The notes beneath the pieces are model-generated. The model worked only from the letters and a program-made list of their open reading frames with translations, was not told where the DNA came from and did no database searches. Position numbers and translations under genes: made by a program. 64,000 bases of DNA from an uncultured Gammaproteobacteria bacterium (GTDB lineage Bacteria > Pseudomonadota > Gammaproteobacteria > Francisellales > Francisellaceae): the NCBI GenBank assembly GCA_913060525.1, contig CAJXRW010000001.1:289-64288 (forward strand), written 5' to 3'. Positions 45,701 to 54,365 of the stretch are shown piece after piece (positions within the stretch are counted from its first letter, which is position 1; every line of letters begins with the position of its first letter).

Positions 45701-48700
45701 CGGATGTATCGAATTGCTTCGGGTCTGGCTGTCGTGGCCACCCCTCTCCATAACATACCCTCATCACGCGCAATGCCAGCATACCCTTTAAAATCTTGAT
45801 TAAGTTTAAAGGCAATTTGTTCACGTTCTCGCTCTGGTGTATCAGGATGAATGTAAGCACGAATATCTAATCTGCGCTGATATCGCTCTGCTTGTTTTTC
45901 AATATTGGTCACAACTCTTTCATAAGCAGCTGCATACGGATATTGCACAGATAAAACAGTCTGGTAGGCTTCTTTGTCTTGATAGATTTGATAGGCAATT
46001 TCTTCAGACTGTTTGAAGTATTGGTTAGCTATCAACTGATATTTTTGTAAATGCTTTGGTAAATTATCTTTGTTCTGTCCATCTGATTCTTGCCCAAAAT
46101 GCTCAGATTTAGATTTATCTAAATAACGCCAGGCATCTTTGTAATTAGATGTAAACTTCTCTACCACTGCTAGTCGTTGACGATAGCCTTCAATGTGTTG
46201 CTTCTTCGCAAATGTGACATGTTGAGCATTATATACATTGACTGACTTCCACAAATCACGCGATGAAACAAAGCGACTATAATCATTGCTAGAGCTGATT
46301 TCAGTGGCGAGTTGGCGTTTAACATATGGGTTGGTTGCCTGTTCAAATTTTCTGACCGTTGCTTCATGAATGAATGACTCTGCCCACGTTTTTAATTGGT
46401 CAGAGTCGATGCGATTATAGCGCAACGCATGGTCGTAATCATGACCATCTGTATAAAGATGGTATGCGGCTTCATTACGTTGATAAAACGCATCTTCAAT
46501 TGGCTTGTAAGCAACTTTTGCTTCATCATTTTCATACCATTTATCACCGTACTGCTTCTTGAATGCAAGATACTTTTCATTAACTGAGCCATGTAGATCA
46601 GCGAAGTCAGCTACTTTTTTGGCTTGTAAATTAATACGCTGTTGCTCAATTGCTTTGTACTGGAAAGCTGTTTTAGCCTGGTCAGCTTGATACTGCGTGT
46701 AATTAAATAAATAGTTCCAGGTGTCCTTAACCTTGGTGCTAACACCTTTGATTTTTTGGGCAGCATGTTGTGCAAGTAACTCTGGATCTTCGCCACGTCT
46801 AATAGCAAACTGCATCGGATAGTCCAGCACACTGTCACGTAAACTGACGCTGGCCAATCCACGTTTAAGTTGGTGAATATCATTAAATGATTCCTGGTTA
46901 GCATAAATGTGCAAATTGTCACGATGACGCGATAAGGCGACATAGGTTAAGTGACGATCCCAACCATGACCTGACAAGTAGGCAAGCGTATTATTAACGG
47001 TAACGCCTTGTGATTTATGAACGGTTAGCGCATAACCATAATCGAAGTTTGAATATAAGTTACGATCAAAAATAACCTGTTGGCCACCATCCAGTGTCGC
47101 CTTAATGATACCATCTTCGATTTCATTAATAGTTGCTAATTGACCATTTTTAACATTTAATTCACGGCTGTTTTTCAAGAAAACGATACGCTCACCTGGT
47201 GCAAATTCTTTAGTAACTGATTTGCCAGAAATAGTGACTTGGTGTGCAGTTGATTCACCTAAATTAGCATTTTCAGATAAATAATGTCGTGCGTGTTGAT
47301 TCAGTTGATCGACATCTGATTGCTGGTGAGCAAGAATAATGGTCTGTGATAAATCATTCTGATATTGTACCCATTGAGAAAATAGCTGTTTATTAATTTC
47401 ATCTTTACCCGATAGCACAAGACGATTTTTCTGAATATAAAAATCTACTGCATCACCTACCTTACCTTGAGATAAGCCACGTATAACTTTTCGTTCATCC
47501 GCGTTACGTTGGCGGCGAATAACATCAAGCATAGCGAAACCGCAACGCTCTAGTATCGCTCTAAATGGTGAGCCTTTTTCTACTGGTTGTAATTGTTCAG
47601 GATCACCAGCTAAGACAAGTTTATAGTTAAACTGACGTGACATATTCATCAACTGATACATGTCATTTAAACCAATCATACCAGCTTCATCAACTACCAA
47701 TACCGAGCCATGATTAGGTAAATAATTAAGTTTAGATCCACCCTGCTTATACAAGTATAATAGTGTCGCTAAGGTCTTAGATTCGATACCAGCTTCTTGT
47801 TCAAGTCCAGCTGCAGCCTTACCAGAAATAGCCGTACCATAAACCTGATAACCTAACTCACTATATAAGGCATTTACTGATTTCAGTGTGTATGTTTTTC
47901 CTGTACCAGCAAGACCAACTAGCGCAGAAATATTTCCAGAATGAGCAATATGTTGTAGCGCGTCTGCTTGCTCATCTTTCAAGGTATAGCGTTCAGAGAT
48001 AGCCTTAATGTATCTTTTATGAATAACAAAGTCACGTTGGCCATGCATCGATGCGGCAATATCACCGATACTATTTTCTTTCTCGTAGTTTGCTTTAGTG
48101 GTATAGCGAATGCGACCAGATTCTCCATAACCAAGCTGTATAATTTGATTAGAATTAAGTACCGCACGTAACACATCATGATAGTCATTTTCATTTTCTG
48201 AATAAGCGGTTTGTTTAAATACAAGCTTGGTAATATCACGTTCATCAAACACAGCATAGTTGTTTTCTAGCGTTTGAATAATTAAATCAGGTTGATCAAA
48301 TACAGCTTCTGCATTCGCAGTTTTGATCTGCTCATTGTATTCAGACACATCATAAAATTGACTATTTTCTCGTACTCGACCCTCATGAACAGTAGGAATA
48401 ATATTAATTGGATCTACCTTTAAATCAATATTATTATTTTCAAAATAAGCATTCTGAAAGGTTTCCCATTTACGATTTAACTGATCAGGTACAGCAAAGT
48501 TTCCATATGTACTAGCCAGCACTTGTGGAGCCATATTGCGTTCTTTTTTGCGTGAGAATTCTACACCATGAAGCTGGCGCATCGTAATCATAACATGTGC
48601 GTGTGGATTACCATCATCTTTATTATGAATGCAAACATCAGCAGCAACACCAAAAGCATCAACATAGTTTTCCTTTATAAACTGATTAACCAAATCAACT

Positions 48701-49038
48701 TGACTGTTATGGCTTAGTTCTTTTGGTAATGCAATTTTGAGTTCCATTGCAAGCTGTGCGCTGTCACGTCTGTTATGGCTATTTTCGATATGCTCAACAG
48801 CATTCCAAATGGATTCTCTATTATGATATGGATGTGATTCTTTGGTGTATTTATCGTTATAGGCAGTATCTGGCAATAGAATATTTTTATAAACGCAATC
48901 GCCTTTATTTGAGTAATCAAACGTTTCTCCAGTGCGTTCGCAATGAAGTTTTTCATTTGCTCTGTAAGCAGCTGCACTTAGCGCATTGTGACCGCCGCTT
49001 CGCGAAATGAACCGCGCGTTTATATATTGTATTGCCAT
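42799..49038 (-). CDS. traA: multidomain conjugative relaxase: MobA/MobL (MOBQ, TraA-Ti-like) relaxase + RecD-like SF1 helicase + long helical repeat region + Toprim primase domain
   Basis: The ORF is open to a TTG at 49077, but MAIQYINARFISRSGGHNALSAAAYRA (ATG 49038) is the canonical MobA/MobL N-terminus. His triad IHNKDDGNPHAHVMIT. Helicase motifs GLAGTGKTY, VVDEAGMI and TVHKSQGVT. Primase-like WENGLVVTLQGAKQGMWFSFSEEKGGDPI (about 44160-44260). Toprim residues VYVAEGGETG (about 43580) and ILKDNDGKN (about 43450). Basic C-terminus KKNKGRSR. Confidence 0.9.
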   Translation of the reverse strand: MAIQYINARFISRSGGHNALSAAAYRANEKLHCERTGETFDYSNKGDCVYKNILLPDTAYNDKYTKESHPYHNRESIWNAVEHIENSHNRRDSAQLAMELKIALPKELSHNSQVDLVNQFIKENYVDAFGVAADVCIHNKDDGNPHAHVMITMRQLHGVEFSRKKERNMAPQVLASTYGNFAVPDQLNRKWETFQNAYFENNNIDLKVDPINIIPTVHEGRVRENSQFYDVSEYNEQIKTANAEAVFDQPDLIIQTLENNYAVFDERDITKLVFKQTAYSENENDYHDVLRAVLNSNQIIQLGYGESGRIRYTTKANYEKENSIGDIAASMHGQRDFVIHKRYIKAISERYTLKDEQADALQHIAHSGNISALVGLAGTGKTYTLKSVNALYSELGYQVYGTAISGKAAAGLEQEAGIESKTLATLLYLYKQGGSKLNYLPNHGSVLVVDEAGMIGLNDMYQLMNMSRQFNYKLVLAGDPEQLQPVEKGSPFRAILERCGFAMLDVIRRQRNADERKVIRGLSQGKVGDAVDFYIQKNRLVLSGKDEINKQLFSQWVQYQNDLSQTIILAHQQSDVDQLNQHARHYLSENANLGESTAHQVTISGKSVTKEFAPGERIVFLKNSRELNVKNGQLATINEIEDGIIKATLDGGQQVIFDRNLYSNFDYGYALTVHKSQGVTVNNTLAYLSGHGWDRHLTYVALSRHRDNLHIYANQESFNDIHQLKRGLASVSLRDSVLDYPMQFAIRRGEDPELLAQHAAQKIKGVSTKVKDTWNYLFNYTQYQADQAKTAFQYKAIEQQRINLQAKKVADFADLHGSVNEKYLAFKKQYGDKWYENDEAKVAYKPIEDAFYQRNEAAYHLYTDGHDYDHALRYNRIDSDQLKTWAESFIHEATVRKFEQATNPYVKRQLATEISSSNDYSRFVSSRDLWKSVNVYNAQHVTFAKKQHIEGYRQRLAVVEKFTSNYKDAWRYLDKSKSEHFGQESDGQNKDNLPKHLQKYQLIANQYFKQSEEIAYQIYQDKEAYQTVLSVQYPYAAAYERVVTNIEKQAERYQRRLDIRAYIHPDTPEREREQIAFKLNQDFKGYAGIARDEGMLWRGVATTARPEAIRYIRANLPAGQVEMFDAVQDYQSVCRKAAQQYAEVQALEKALRKQHGLSDKAQLTDEHMTEEFKSQRSDMFKLMAERHELAYDVNNSYPLLEQWYRANPEKIDETFPGLKMDRFNRHVALHEERLEAQDRVKQYADGGEKDGAAAYQIIQRYGKHAFYIKMYECDSAKIWLQGKRYGYQLQASKLPEEKRGVFDAAVDYDLTSREAAQAWAAIRMKEKSGQSVSAELKDTAYKHTMARNAAAFNLSQYLSEDRSNYVFVSDQVEKFDWQRIHKQSQSYEVIDDLKQYQEKTGFTKNEWAASIQDQYAKGAIYQGVQHLDIDGKSFYMNAQAYRREVFELSLSDDERGLYQRVKDYQALSRQAAAEWVSVKQNQADKQKAFALSRQRNVLAASILASSETYKPYLNFESIQHSKLVKHAEQFENALAKTRQLQMQQVVKPEVNQATTQPQVEERQIQQWDHNKIRDRLIQQAEHVYPQIFGEPKKQSSREMRWENGLVVTLQGAKQGMWFSFSEEKGGDPIEAIRHRLPGSSYVEALEQGAHLAGLSEAEAKTTESKFVFKTDPEADNKRKARAAQEIRNKIEAAQSIWMGTKPIADTVAERYLWENRNIHTADNMEMRYWPVGTKWVDYNEAGQRIERTNKLPAMVLAIKDKNHDITAIQRTYLDSKTYDKVSFMDNPKVTKGHLKGNLGVIQNGTNGRVYVAEGGETGASAGLADPKSTVLTSLSVSNLSNSAEALKAHQPKELIILKDNDGKNAKSEVAFNKAIKALKDAGLQPIIKTPQMLANKQKTDWNDILQVKGVDGLRKDLGVAIPEYDKNWKHRLDQITKIGQIKQLDHTPLKKVRNYLRAERRALLGFKNTEIGRIDAETRKTFMEKGQEYAYIVMQDPKAKAFAKDMKVLDRVELDYGRYAKRMAEQPAAEVKPKLTRQEMAQRIENSQAYKDLENYLAELEKKPKYTPGAPKKNKGRSR

Positions 49039-49077
49039 AACGATATTAATTATAAGCAATAGCTTTGACGTAGTCAA

Positions 49078-49189
49078 TGCATATTGCGCCTTTAGAAAAG
49101 GCGCTTGATTATTTTACTTCGATAATAGTAGATCGTAATATATGCATATGCTATAATATATCTAGGTTTTACTATTTGTTTAAAATGCT
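49078..49189. promoter_or_regulatory. candidate oriT / divergent promoter region
   Basis: Perfect inverted repeat GCGCCTTT-AGA-AAAGGCGC at 49086-49104. The + strand context CATATTGCGCCTTT resembles the MOBQ nick-region core (..TGCGCCCT) of RSF1010/Ti-type oriTs as I recall it. Lies between the relaxase gene and the accessory genes. Confidence 0.4.
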
Positions 49190-49738
49190 ATGGATAGTTT
49201 GGAAAAATTAAAGAAATTAGAATTTCGCCTTTTTCAACTTAACAATCGCATCAAGTCTACTAAGCAAAATCATCGTTTTAATGATACAAAAATTAAACGA
49301 TCATTTGGTAAGGTGTTCATTATTGCTGGTGCTGGTAACTATTTAGATATTGAAAATATGCTTGACCATGAAGTTATTCAACTGGGCGCATTAGTGGTTG
49401 CAACTAAATGTCATGAAATGAGAATGGCTGCTGTATTAGGCGCGCTTTTTTTGGCCTGTTCAAATTGCAAAGAAAAGGAATATTTCAACGAATGTGAAAA
49501 ATTAGGGTCTGAATTTCATGAAGGTAATAAAAAATTATCTTATCCATTTACTATTTTAATGGGTATCAGTATACAAGCTAGAAAATTATTAGACTCGATT
49601 GGTCAGTTTGAACGATTAACAACTTTAGGCGATCAGCTTTTTACTGATCATAAATTGAAAAAAATGCGTAGATATCAAATGTATTTGTCCAAAAAAAATG
49701 ATAAATTATCCTTGAGTGATTTAACTAAAAACACATAA
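49190..49738 (+). CDS. relaxosome accessory protein, TraD(Ti)-like N-terminus
   Basis: 182 aa. NDTKIKRSFGKVFIIAGAGNYL....VIQLGALVVA resembles the Ti-plasmid TraD pattern (..TREKIELGGLIVKAGL....LLLGALIDA) from memory. Divergent from the relaxase gene across the putative oriT. Confidence 0.35.
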   Translation: MDSLEKLKKLEFRLFQLNNRIKSTKQNHRFNDTKIKRSFGKVFIIAGAGNYLDIENMLDHEVIQLGALVVATKCHEMRMAAVLGALFLACSNCKEKEYFNECEKLGSEFHEGNKKLSYPFTILMGISIQARKLLDSIGQFERLTTLGDQLFTDHKLKKMRRYQMYLSKKNDKLSLSDLTKNT

Positions 49739-49747
49739 GGATAAAAC

Positions 49748-50026
49748 ATGTCTGATACAAAAAAACTCCAACAGCTTTTAGAGCAAAAGAATAAACTTGA
49801 AGAGCAAATCAAAGAAGCCACACAAAAAAGACTTAATGACGTTGCGACAATATTAGAAAAACATGGCTTACATCGATGGGCCAATAATGCACTTAATAAT
49901 TTATTCAAGCATGCGGCTAACCAGGGAGAAAATGAATATAAAAAAGCACCATCTAAAAAACCAGTAGAACAAAATACACAACAATCTATCGATAACCAGC
50001 AAGTTGATTACCAACAAAATGGTTAG
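49748..50026 (+). CDS. relaxosome accessory protein, TraC(Ti)-like coiled-coil protein
   Basis: 92 aa. KKLQQLLEQKNKLEEQIKEATQKRLNDVATILEKHGL resembles the Ti TraC pattern (..IARLQEQLKQAE..RIGRIALKAGL) from memory. Confidence 0.35.
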   Translation: MSDTKKLQQLLEQKNKLEEQIKEATQKRLNDVATILEKHGLHRWANNALNNLFKHAANQGENEYKKAPSKKPVEQNTQQSIDNQQVDYQQNG

Positions 50027-50050
50027 TCGTAAATTATAGGAGTAGCGCAA

Positions 50051-50674
50051 ATGAGCACCGACACAATTGAAGCAAATCCGAATCATGTTTCTGATTATGA
50101 TATTCAAGCACTAAAAGATAAACTAACCAATCTACAACGTGCGAAAGAACATCAGAAATTAACCAGTGAAATAAATGATATTGTTTACAAACAAAATATT
50201 CATGCTGGAAACTCTACCATGAATGTTGGTGATACTGACCAGATTCTTGCTTCTAATTATAATGAAAATAGAGGATTTGTCACCAGGGCATTTGATCGTT
50301 TTATTGCGATGCTCTCCCCTGCTCCCATGAGTGGATATATTATCTCATTAGTAATAATCCTATCTGTATATAGTGCCTTTCATTCTCATCTATTTAATTC
50401 TATAGGTGGTCATGATATTTCAAAATACATGCCATATTTTGGATATACTGCATTAATATCGGCAGCGATAATTGTTTTTAGATCGAGCGCGAGAGGTTTG
50501 TTTTTAGCTATGCTGACATTCCTATTTGGATTAATCGGTGCGCTCTCTACAGAATCGGGCCAAACATTTTTAAGCTTTGAACATGTTGTCTTTCAAATCG
50601 CATTAGCTATAGGCGGATTAAGTCTACTAAGAGGGGCATTGAATATAGATGCGCCAAGAAATAACGCCCAATAA
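50051..50674 (+). CDS. hypothetical membrane protein
   Basis: 207 aa. Soluble coiled N-terminal half and 3-4 TM helices in the C-terminal half. Confidence 0.5.
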   Translation: MSTDTIEANPNHVSDYDIQALKDKLTNLQRAKEHQKLTSEINDIVYKQNIHAGNSTMNVGDTDQILASNYNENRGFVTRAFDRFIAMLSPAPMSGYIISLVIILSVYSAFHSHLFNSIGGHDISKYMPYFGYTALISAAIIVFRSSARGLFLAMLTFLFGLIGALSTESGQTFLSFEHVVFQIALAIGGLSLLRGALNIDAPRNNAQ

Positions 50675-50870
50675 TATATGATTATCTTTCCCGGTATCTA
50701 GTGGATTTTTAGCTGCGCTAAACCGCAGAATAAAATCGGGATAGTTTTAATTTAGTTACTTAGTTAACTGATATATTTAAATGTAATTTCATTAAAAGTA
50801 TCACGATTTTATTTCCGCTAATCCCACATACTCATTAGAATTTAGCATCAAAGATGCAATAACAAGCTGC

Positions 50871-50900
50871 GCCACTTCCCTTATTTTATTTGGGAGTGGC
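50871..50900. terminator. GC-rich hairpin between convergent genes (possible bidirectional terminator)
   Basis: GCCACTTCCC-TTATTTTATT-TGGGAGTGGC forms a stem with one bulge, followed on the + strand by TTCGCGTTTTT. Lies 19 nt beyond the stop of the minus-strand gene 50919-51410. Confidence 0.35.
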
Positions 50901-50918
50901 TTCGCGTTTTTATAGCTT

Positions 50919-51410
50919 TTAGAAAAATGAAAATGCGTATAATATTTGCGATTTTAATAGATGAATAAATATTCCGACTACTAAGATTATAGCAAACGGA
51001 ATAACCAGCCTTATATCGAAAACATAAGGTGAGTATTCTCTTGATTTTTTAATTGTTTGTAAAAAGATTGAGATCAAACCACCAACTCCAATGCCAAAAA
51101 TAATCGATTCAAATATTCCAAATTTTAACATGCTCCATGCATTCTCAAGCAATTTTACATTTTCTTTTTCTTCGTCAGTTGGAAAATAAATATATTTAAT
51201 TTTTAGATCGAAATTGTATATGTAAACCGATCTATCATATGTAAACAAAGCAAAAATTAATATAATTGATATGATACTAAATAATACAATTTTTACATTA
51301 GATATCGCCTTCTCCTCTCTATGATGTTCTCTATTAAGAGAGATTTTAACAGCTGAATACATGCAGTACCCTGCTACTAATAAAATGATTAAATATGCCA
51401 ATAAAATCAT
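50919..51410 (-). CDS. hypothetical polytopic membrane protein
   Basis: 163 aa with 4 hydrophobic helices. No family recognised. Confidence 0.5.
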   Translation of the reverse strand: MILLAYLIILLVAGYCMYSAVKISLNREHHREEKAISNVKIVLFSIISIILIFALFTYDRSVYIYNFDLKIKYIYFPTDEEKENVKLLENAWSMLKFGIFESIIFGIGVGGLISIFLQTIKKSREYSPYVFDIRLVIPFAIILVVGIFIHLLKSQILYAFSFF

Positions 51411-51553
51411 GCCACTTCTCCATGTGTTGTTAATTTTTTTGTTATAATTTTTACGTCATCTTAGCTTAAATAAAAACTTCATATAACCGCTACAAAAAAT
51501 ATTTTAACTTTTTTAAATGAGCCGCATAAGCCGCTAAAACAAATTATTTTTTA

Positions 51554-52099
51554 TTAATAGCGTATGTTGTTTTTATTATAGCTTTGCATTGGTAACTGAA
51601 TTTTGAAAGCATCTATCTTGTTCTCTTTTAAAAATCTAATCGCATGATCTATTGAATTGAAATTGATTGAAAGGCCGTATGTTTTCTCAACATCATCACT
51701 GTATTCACCTTCATATGTTTTTAAAAAAATGTTTGTATGCAAAATATCAATTCTAAAACGCTTTTTATTAATGATAGATTTGAACTCATCAATATTAATA
51801 CTAATTATTCCTGTGTTGTCGATAGGCTTGAAAATAACATTAGGCTCTAAACCTAAAAATAAACTGATCTCAGCAATACTATTTAGTGTTAAATTGGCAC
51901 TTCCATTCAGAATAGAACTCAATTTATTAGGTGATATCCCCATTTCACGGCATGTCTCATTAAACCCTAGTTTGTTCATCTCCATGTGCTTTTGTAAATG
52001 ACAAGCAATGCGATTTTGCATTGACCTAACATATTCATTTATTTGTCCTGCATGGCCCTCTGAGCCAAATTCATTAGTCTTTATTTTCTTATCAGACAT
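51554..52099 (-). CDS. XRE-family HTH transcriptional regulator (candidate repressor of the repeated cassettes)
   Basis: 181 aa. HTH LGFNETCREMGISPNKLSSILNGSANLTLNSIAEISLFLGLEP. Downstream of, and co-oriented with, the first cassette-driven gene. Confidence 0.7.
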   Translation of the reverse strand: MSDKKIKTNEFGSEGHAGQINEYVRSMQNRIACHLQKHMEMNKLGFNETCREMGISPNKLSSILNGSANLTLNSIAEISLFLGLEPNVIFKPIDNTGIISINIDEFKSIINKKRFRIDILHTNIFLKTYEGEYSDDVEKTYGLSINFNSIDHAIRFLKENKIDAFKIQLPMQSYNKNNIRY

Positions 52100-52178
52100 G
52101 TTAGAAACTCCAATATTTTAATTTAATTTTATTCACACCTTTTAAAGAAACACTGACACCATGAATTACAACATGAGT

Positions 52179-52604
52179 TTATTCTGGCGTATATTCATAC
52201 GGCCGATCCCATCGGCCAATATTAATATCGACATAATAAGCAACGTTATAATAATCTGTCATAGGGTCACTCTCATTATAATAATCCACGCTAAATAATA
52301 TCTGTCTGGCCAGCATTAAAAATGCCTTACACTTGCCAGTAAAATCTTCTTCGATTGTATTTTTACACACATCAATATAACCGTTCTTAACTAGATTATG
52401 CTGTCTGCATTCTTCCCTATGCTTATTTTGCTCTGCTAAAGATTTATTATAGTCATTAATAAAATCAAGCTGGCCAGACCGCACATTCAAAACAATTGTT
52501 GTATGCTGGCGAATCGCTAACGTACACTTAACACCATATTTTTGTGAAAGTGCTTTGATTTTTGGGGCAATGATTTTTTTATCTTCTTGAGTAAAGCTTG
52601 GCAT
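52179..52604 (-). CDS. hypothetical protein (leading-region type), driven by cassette 1
   Basis: 141 aa. The ORF starts 7 nt after the cassette SD (AACGGAG). No confident family call. Confidence 0.55.
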   Translation of the reverse strand: MPSFTQEDKKIIAPKIKALSQKYGVKCTLAIRQHTTIVLNVRSGQLDFINDYNKSLAEQNKHREECRQHNLVKNGYIDVCKNTIEEDFTGKCKAFLMLARQILFSVDYYNESDPMTDYYNVAYYVDINIGRWDRPYEYTPE

Positions 52605-52715
52605 ATTTCGATCTCCGTTTAAGGTTTAAACAACAGGTCGGCCATTCCGTTCCTGTTACCTATATTTTAACATATCTAAGTAACTACTACAATATATTGT
52701 AGTAGTATTTTAGCG
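52605..52715 (-). promoter_or_regulatory. repeated promoter/operator/5'-UTR cassette, copy 1
   Basis: Read on the minus strand: 24-bp palindrome ACTACTACAATATATTGTAGTAGT (52683-52706) containing a -35 TTGTAG, a 17-nt spacer, a -10 TAAAAT, hairpin ACAGG-AACGGAATGGCCGA-CCTGT (52633-52656), SD AACGGAG, then ATG. Confidence 0.75.
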
Positions 52716-53024
52716 CTATTTTTTGCCTTTAAAAGTGCCGTTCAATGATAATGTTTTGGCGTGATGCTCAAATAAACCCGAATATATTTCATCACTGTTT
52801 TTGATGTTTCTAACGATAATTAACTTAAACTCTTTTAACGTGCTCTCTTTGGTGCATGCAAAATCAGCCAGGTCAAAATAAACCTTTTTGGCCTGTAGTC
52901 CAGCAACCTTTCTGACAACCCTTTCAAAAAGAGAAATTAACTCGCGTTTCTCTTTACTGGTACAATTAACGCTATCAATTTTATCAATGGTTAACTTTTC
53001 GTATTGTTTACTCATTACAACCAC
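52716..53024 (-). CDS. hypothetical protein
   Basis: 102 aa, second gene of the cassette-2 transcription unit (3-nt gap after the upstream gene). Confidence 0.5.
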   Translation of the reverse strand: MVVMSKQYEKLTIDKIDSVNCTSKEKRELISLFERVVRKVAGLQAKKVYFDLADFACTKESTLKEFKLIIVRNIKNSDEIYSGLFEHHAKTLSLNGTFKGKK

Positions 53025-53027
53025 CTA

Positions 53028-53285
53028 TCAAGCTATTTTTTTGATTTCAGAAAATGAGGATGCTGGCCAGTAGCCTGGGTAAACTTCCAATAAATCAAAG
53101 GCGTTATACTGATGTTTAAAGCCCTCTCTTAATCTATTCATTGCTGACATAGGGTCACAAAAAGTTAATGTCACTTTAGAGCCTTTAAGCTCAACCTTAC
53201 TAACACATAGCAGCGGTTCAAACTCGCCAACAGTGATAGCATCGCCTGGCTTAATTGATGAAACTTTTATTATCTTGAAAGACAT
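53028..53285 (-). CDS. hypothetical small protein, driven by cassette 2
   Basis: 85 aa. Starts 7 nt after the cassette SD. Confidence 0.5.
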   Translation of the reverse strand: MSFKIIKVSSIKPGDAITVGEFEPLLCVSKVELKGSKVTLTFCDPMSAMNRLREGFKHQYNAFDLLEVYPGYWPASSFSEIKKIA

Positions 53286-53412
53286 ATTCTGATCTCCGTT
53301 TAAGGTTAAAAAAATACAGGTCGGACTATTCCGTTCCTGTAATAATATTTTAGCATAAATAGCTAAACACTACAATATATTGTAGTGGTAAATGTTATCT
53401 TTATAGGGTACA
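53286..53412 (-). promoter_or_regulatory. repeated promoter/operator/5'-UTR cassette, copy 2
   Basis: Palindrome CACTACAATATATTGTAGTG (53368-53387), -35 TTGTAG, 17-nt spacer, -10 TAAAAT, hairpin ACAGG..CCTGT (53316-53340), SD AACGGAG. Confidence 0.75.
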
Positions 53413-54258
53413 TTAGACTTTTATTTTCTCTAGTGCTTCAAGCGCGCACCGTGTAGAGAATTTTGCATTTCCTGTTAGCTTGCGAACCCAAGCTTCGCTA
53501 TAGCGTGAAAATTTAAAAGCGTGACTGCTGAGTATTTTTCTTGCTTCTTCCGATGGGATTTCATCAAAAATAAATTTGATTCTCATTTCTTCACCATCAA
53601 AAACCACTTTAAAACCATCTTTTTGAATCTCTGAATCTTCTTGTTTTGCATTTGCTAACGACTCTAAACGCTTTTCTAATCTTCTTATTTCAACCGTACT
53701 AGGCGCATAAGGCTTTAGTCTGCCGTATGGCGCAAAAGCATAAAAGCCAGCGCGTTGGATTAATTCTTTTGCAGCATCCTCATGAGTCTCGCTTAAAGCC
53801 TTTGCTGCCTGTTTAAAAGCTTCTTTTTCATCTTGTAGCTTCTTGAAAGCCTGGGTATAGTGTTTTTTATATAATCTATTTACTTCTTTCATATGCTCAT
53901 TGTTAGCTTTTAAACTATCAATTTTAGTTTGAATCTTCTGGGCTGCTTCTGGGTCAAAAGATGATATGCCACCTGTGCCAACTGCTGCCGCTTTGCGCTC
54001 GTAATGGTCGGCTTTATCATCTAATTTAAAAGACTTCTCAAATGTGTTACTAACTTTTTTTAAATGGCTTCTGTGGCGGCTTTCTGAATGATGACCTACT
54101 AGAATCGGCTGGCCGAATGGAATAACACCCGATAATTTTCTTGCTTCACTGTAAGTCGCTTGCGATTCTTTTCTAACTGCTTTGGCTTTTTCTGCTAGAC
54201 GTTCTTTCTTAGCTGCGATACGTGCTTCATATTCATTCATATTTTGATCTCCGTTCAA
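53413..54258 (-). CDS. DUF3560-like protein, driven by cassette 3
   Basis: 281 aa. Coiled N-terminus followed by IPFGQPILVGHHSESRHRSHLKK, the signature I associate with DUF3560, a family common on conjugative plasmids. Confidence 0.55.
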   Translation of the reverse strand: MNGDQNMNEYEARIAAKKERLAEKAKAVRKESQATYSEARKLSGVIPFGQPILVGHHSESRHRSHLKKVSNTFEKSFKLDDKADHYERKAAAVGTGGISSFDPEAAQKIQTKIDSLKANNEHMKEVNRLYKKHYTQAFKKLQDEKEAFKQAAKALSETHEDAAKELIQRAGFYAFAPYGRLKPYAPSTVEIRRLEKRLESLANAKQEDSEIQKDGFKVVFDGEEMRIKFIFDEIPSEEARKILSSHAFKFSRYSEAWVRKLTGNAKFSTRCALEALEKIKV

Positions 54259-54365
54259 GGTTAAAGTAACAGGTCGGCCATTCCGTTCCTGTAATATTAT
54301 TATAACAAAATTAGCACATCACTACAATATATTGTAGTGTTAAATGTTATCTTTTTATAGTAACA
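54259..54365 (-). promoter_or_regulatory. repeated promoter/operator/5'-UTR cassette, copy 3
   Basis: Palindrome CACTACAATATATTGTAGTG (54320-54339), -35 TTGTAG, 17-nt spacer, -10 TATAAT, hairpin ACAGG..CCTGT (54269-54292), SD AACGGAG. Confidence 0.75.

Noticed and set aside
43352-48977. About a dozen 62-110-aa ORFs on both strands within the relaxase gene (for example 43352-43612, 45597-45860, 46611-46943, 47979-48257, 48714-48977).
   Set aside because: All lie inside the 6.2-kb relaxase ORF, whose domains are recognisable along its whole length. They are shadow ORFs.
53028-53285. 85-aa protein as a CsrA/RsmA-like RNA-binding protein (beta-rich N-terminus MSFKIIKVSSIKPGDAITVGE).
   Set aside because: The resemblance is only superficial. 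It lacks the conserved CsrA GxxxVxVLGVKGNQVRIG core.
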